Shown here: in pieces, positions 57,833 through 60,216 of the stretch
Layout: each line of letters opens with the position of its first letter
Position numbering within the stretch: position 1 is the first letter of the stretch
NCBI GenBank assembly: GCA_051252415.1
Contig: JBPOGA010000023.1
Span: forward strand, 1 to 60,216
Length of the DNA stretch: 60,216 bases
Direction of reading: 5' to 3'
Source: Opitutaceae bacterium
Lineage (GTDB): Bacteria > Verrucomicrobiota > Verrucomicrobiia > Opitutales > Coraliomargaritaceae
Notes under the pieces: generated by a model
Databases searched by the model: none
What the model was told of the DNA's origin: nothing
What the model saw: only the letters and a program-made list of their open reading frames with translations
Position numbers and translations under genes: made by a program

Positions 57833-59098
57833 CTAGGCGGCTTCGGTCAGGTGGAGTTGCTTGAGAATTGCAGTTAGCGATTCCCCAGATGCGGGCAGGT
57901 TGCCAATGATGTTGTCGCGATGCTCTAGCAGCCATTTGGCAGTTGTGTCATGGCCAATAAGGTGGTGATTGATGTCGAGAAGACGCTTCCACTCGCCCAT
58001 ATGGTCGTTGTCATACGCATGTAATCGGAATTCGCGCACTTCATCGCTTTGATCAGTGCTGAGTCGAGTGGCAAGGTCGGCGGCTTCGTGCATGCCGATA
58101 TTCATACTGAGCATCCCCGCTGGTGGCGTCATGTGCGCGGCATCGCCTGCGAGCCAGATACGATTATTGCCAAAGCGGTCAACTAGGTGCTTTTCGAAAT
58201 GCACCATTGTGCGCCATTTGACCTCGTCCACCGTGCCCGTAAACCAAGGTGCGTGAGCCTTAAGCAGTGCCTTGAGGTTACTGTCTTCCAGCTCTGGGGC
58301 GTGTTGTGCGGCCTCATCAACCATTTCGTGTTCCTTATTGTAAGCACCTCGGCCTGTAAACTCAGCACTCATTTGGAAGCTGAAGCGGCAGCGTCTTTTC
58401 CCCAGTGGCCAGTAGACATGCGTGCGGTCACCGTCGAGAGTCATACACATTTCTGTGAGCAGCTTTGCATCGGTATCGAACTCAAAGATCGCGTAGTCGA
58501 TACTGTGAGCCATCTCTGGGAAAATAATGCCTGCGGATTTGCGTGCTTGAGAACTATAGCCATCGGCTGCGATTAAGTAGTTCGCTTGGTATTCGAAAAT
58601 CTTGTCGATCTCCGTTTCCATATGAGCCACTGCATAGCCAGTCATGCCTTCGGTGAGTCTATCTACTGTAAAGGTGACATTCGAGTCGGTCTGTTCGATA
58701 CCGCGGGCGCGATGGTGCCACATCGGCTTATGACCTTTTTCTTTGAGTGTTCGGACGAGGATAGACTCAAGCTCATCTTGGCCGATTACCGCCAGGAAGG
58801 GGTATTTCACGGGAAGTTCGCCATAATTTATGACGGCTCGTCGTACTTGTGCATGGTCGAAGATGCTCGCGCGATGCAACTTTGTAGCTGTTTCAAGCAC
58901 AGGGTCGAGCACACCGAGTTTCTCTAGTAACTCTAGGGTTTCAGGGTGGAGGGCGAGTGCATGAGTTTCTGTATTTGTATGTGCCTCTTTGTCGAAGAGG
59001 ACGAAGTCCATACCTTTATCTGCTAAGGTGTGGGCCGCGGTCAGTCCAGCGGGGCCAGCCCCGAGAACTGCGATGTCGACTGTCTTGTGGTTAAACAT
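57833..59098 (-). CDS. FAD-dependent monooxygenase (UbiH/VisC-like aromatic hydroxylase family)
   Basis: N-terminal GAGPAGL FAD-binding motif. GD motif LAGDAAHMTPPAG. Confidence 0.8.
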   Translation of the reverse strand: MFNHKTVDIAVLGAGPAGLTAAHTLADKGMDFVLFDKEAHTNTETHALALHPETLELLEKLGVLDPVLETATKLHRASIFDHAQVRRAVINYGELPVKYPFLAVIGQDELESILVRTLKEKGHKPMWHHRARGIEQTDSNVTFTVDRLTEGMTGYAVAHMETEIDKIFEYQANYLIAADGYSSQARKSAGIIFPEMAHSIDYAIFEFDTDAKLLTEMCMTLDGDRTHVYWPLGKRRCRFSFQMSAEFTGRGAYNKEHEMVDEAAQHAPELEDSNLKALLKAHAPWFTGTVDEVKWRTMVHFEKHLVDRFGNNRIWLAGDAAHMTPPAGMLSMNIGMHEAADLATRLSTDQSDEVREFRLHAYDNDHMGEWKRLLDINHHLIGHDTTAKWLLEHRDNIIGNLPASGESLTAILKQLHLTEAA

Positions 59099-59262
59099 GT
59101 CATTGCGGGTTAGGTGGATATGCGCGTCTGCAGGATGGCTTTCGCGCTTAACGCCACTCTATAATTTTCACCGCAAAGGTCAACTGTGCATTCCGCAGTT
59201 GTGGTAGCTACAAACCCCCTTAATCACTGCTATTAATGCAGATTCTAGTGGAGTAATAAGCT

Positions 59263-59556
59263 TTAGTCTTCTGTGGGGATATCCCGATTTCGGATCAACA
59301 CTTTCCCCTCATATATCCAACGATACGTCTTAGAACTACCTCTCGTGATTTGTTTTCGGGTGAATTTGATCAATTTCTGTTTCCCACTAACAGTTATATT
59401 ACAACTGTATGAGTCATCATCCCAATCTTGTGCATCGGGCAAATTCAGAGTGGCCTCTTGAAGTTGAGTTAAATTGGGGATGAATTTAGGACCCGAGCGC
59501 TTGGATCGAGAGCTGCCAGACCTAGAGGATCGGCCAGTTGAGGAAGTTTCAGGCAT
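59263..59556 (-). CDS. Hypothetical small protein
   Basis: ORF only. Ser/Arg-rich N-terminus. Weak. Confidence 0.25.
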   Translation of the reverse strand: MPETSSTGRSSRSGSSRSKRSGPKFIPNLTQLQEATLNLPDAQDWDDDSYSCNITVSGKQKLIKFTRKQITRGSSKTYRWIYEGKVLIRNRDIPTED

Positions 59557-59698
59557 CTTGAAGTAGGGATAAAAGTGGGGGAGTCGCTAAGCTAGCAAAT
59601 AGCTGGTGCAGCAAAAGCAAATTCGTAAAAGAAAGTAGAATGCGAAATTTCACTTGATCTTCGTCCCTTCCTGCTTCTACTTGCCGCATTGAATTTAG

Positions 59699-59772
<74 letters not shown>

Positions 59773-59779
59773 TCTTTTA

Positions 59780-59812
59780 AACCGTTTCAGTTTTGGCTGG
59801 AACGGTTTTTTT
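59780..59812 (+). terminator. Rho-independent terminator after tRNA-Cys
   Basis: aaccgtttcag...ctggaacggtt followed by a T-run. Confidence 0.65.
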
Positions 59813-59882
59813 AGATCTAATCTAAACCCAATCTTCTCTTGACTTGCTCCGTGCGAGTCTTTTTCTACGCTCTTTCTTTTTA

Positions 59883-59957
<75 letters not shown>

Positions 59958-59966
59958 TTTATAAAT

Positions 59967-60003
59967 CAGACGCTTTCGATTTAATCGGAGGCGTCTTTTT
60001 TTG
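59967..60003 (+). terminator. Rho-independent terminator after tRNA-Met
   Basis: cagacgc...gcgtct followed by a T-run. Confidence 0.75.
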
Positions 60004-60139
60004 ACGTCAATTGCGGGGCAGCTTTGAACTGCCGGCAGTCTCAAATGTTACTTCCGCTGCCCAGAGGGCACCTGCGTCAGTCATCCTACGCTTCGCTACG
60101 GACAAGCTGTGCTCGCCATCTTCGTGCTGTCGCACTACG

Positions 60140-60216
60140 TCTGCCCTTTGGCACCATTTATAAATCAGACGCTTTCGATTTAATCGGAGGCGTCTTTTTT
60201 TGACGTCAATTGCGGG
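60140..60216 (+). repeat. Direct repeat of 59942-60018 (last 16 nt of tRNA-Met plus its terminator), offset 198 bp, running to the window edge
   Basis: ctgccctttggcaccatttataaatcagacgctttcgatttaatcggaggcgtctttttttgacgtcaattgcggg occurs twice. Confidence 0.85.

Overview
This 60 kb bacterial chromosomal window is gene-dense and unusually rich in repeats. Recognisable housekeeping genes include rlmF, yaaA, rtcB, panB-gpsA, gdh, a MalY/PatB-family aminotransferase, a RluA-family pseudouridine synthase, recD2, a fatty-acid desaturase and a giant tandem UvrA-UvrA fusion. Five features stand out. (i) A minus-strand operon holds three tandem AsnB-like paralogues of about 600 aa each. All three lack the N-terminal Cys nucleophile but keep the SGGLDS PP-loop. 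They are followed by a formyltransferase and face a divergent pair made of an unknown 425-aa protein and an ATP-grasp-like protein; a methyltransferase and a glycosyltransferase lie beside them. (ii) A minus-strand array at 27.4-28.9 kb carries about eleven tRNA or tRNA-like genes. Five (Met, Ile, Lys, Phe, Tyr) lack the D-loop GG and have G55 or U56 in the T-loop. Three have aberrant anticodon loops. Two paralogous elements of about 125 nt have covarying tRNA-like acceptor stems but are too long to be tRNAs. (iii) At least six palindromic or repetitive elements are inserted in frame in the UvrA-like gene, including an 8-bp tandem repeat and a palindrome family that also overlaps the start of an S4-domain gene. 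(iv) Several further structured repeat families are present, some with G-U wobble pairs on the plus strand; two copies flank a gene upstream of rtcB. (v) A RimK-like ATP-grasp gene sits in an operon with a GNAT-peptidase fusion. Two tRNAs (Cys, Met) lie at the 3' end, and the Met tRNA 3' end plus its terminator is duplicated 198 bp downstream. No CRISPR array, integrase or transposase was recognised.
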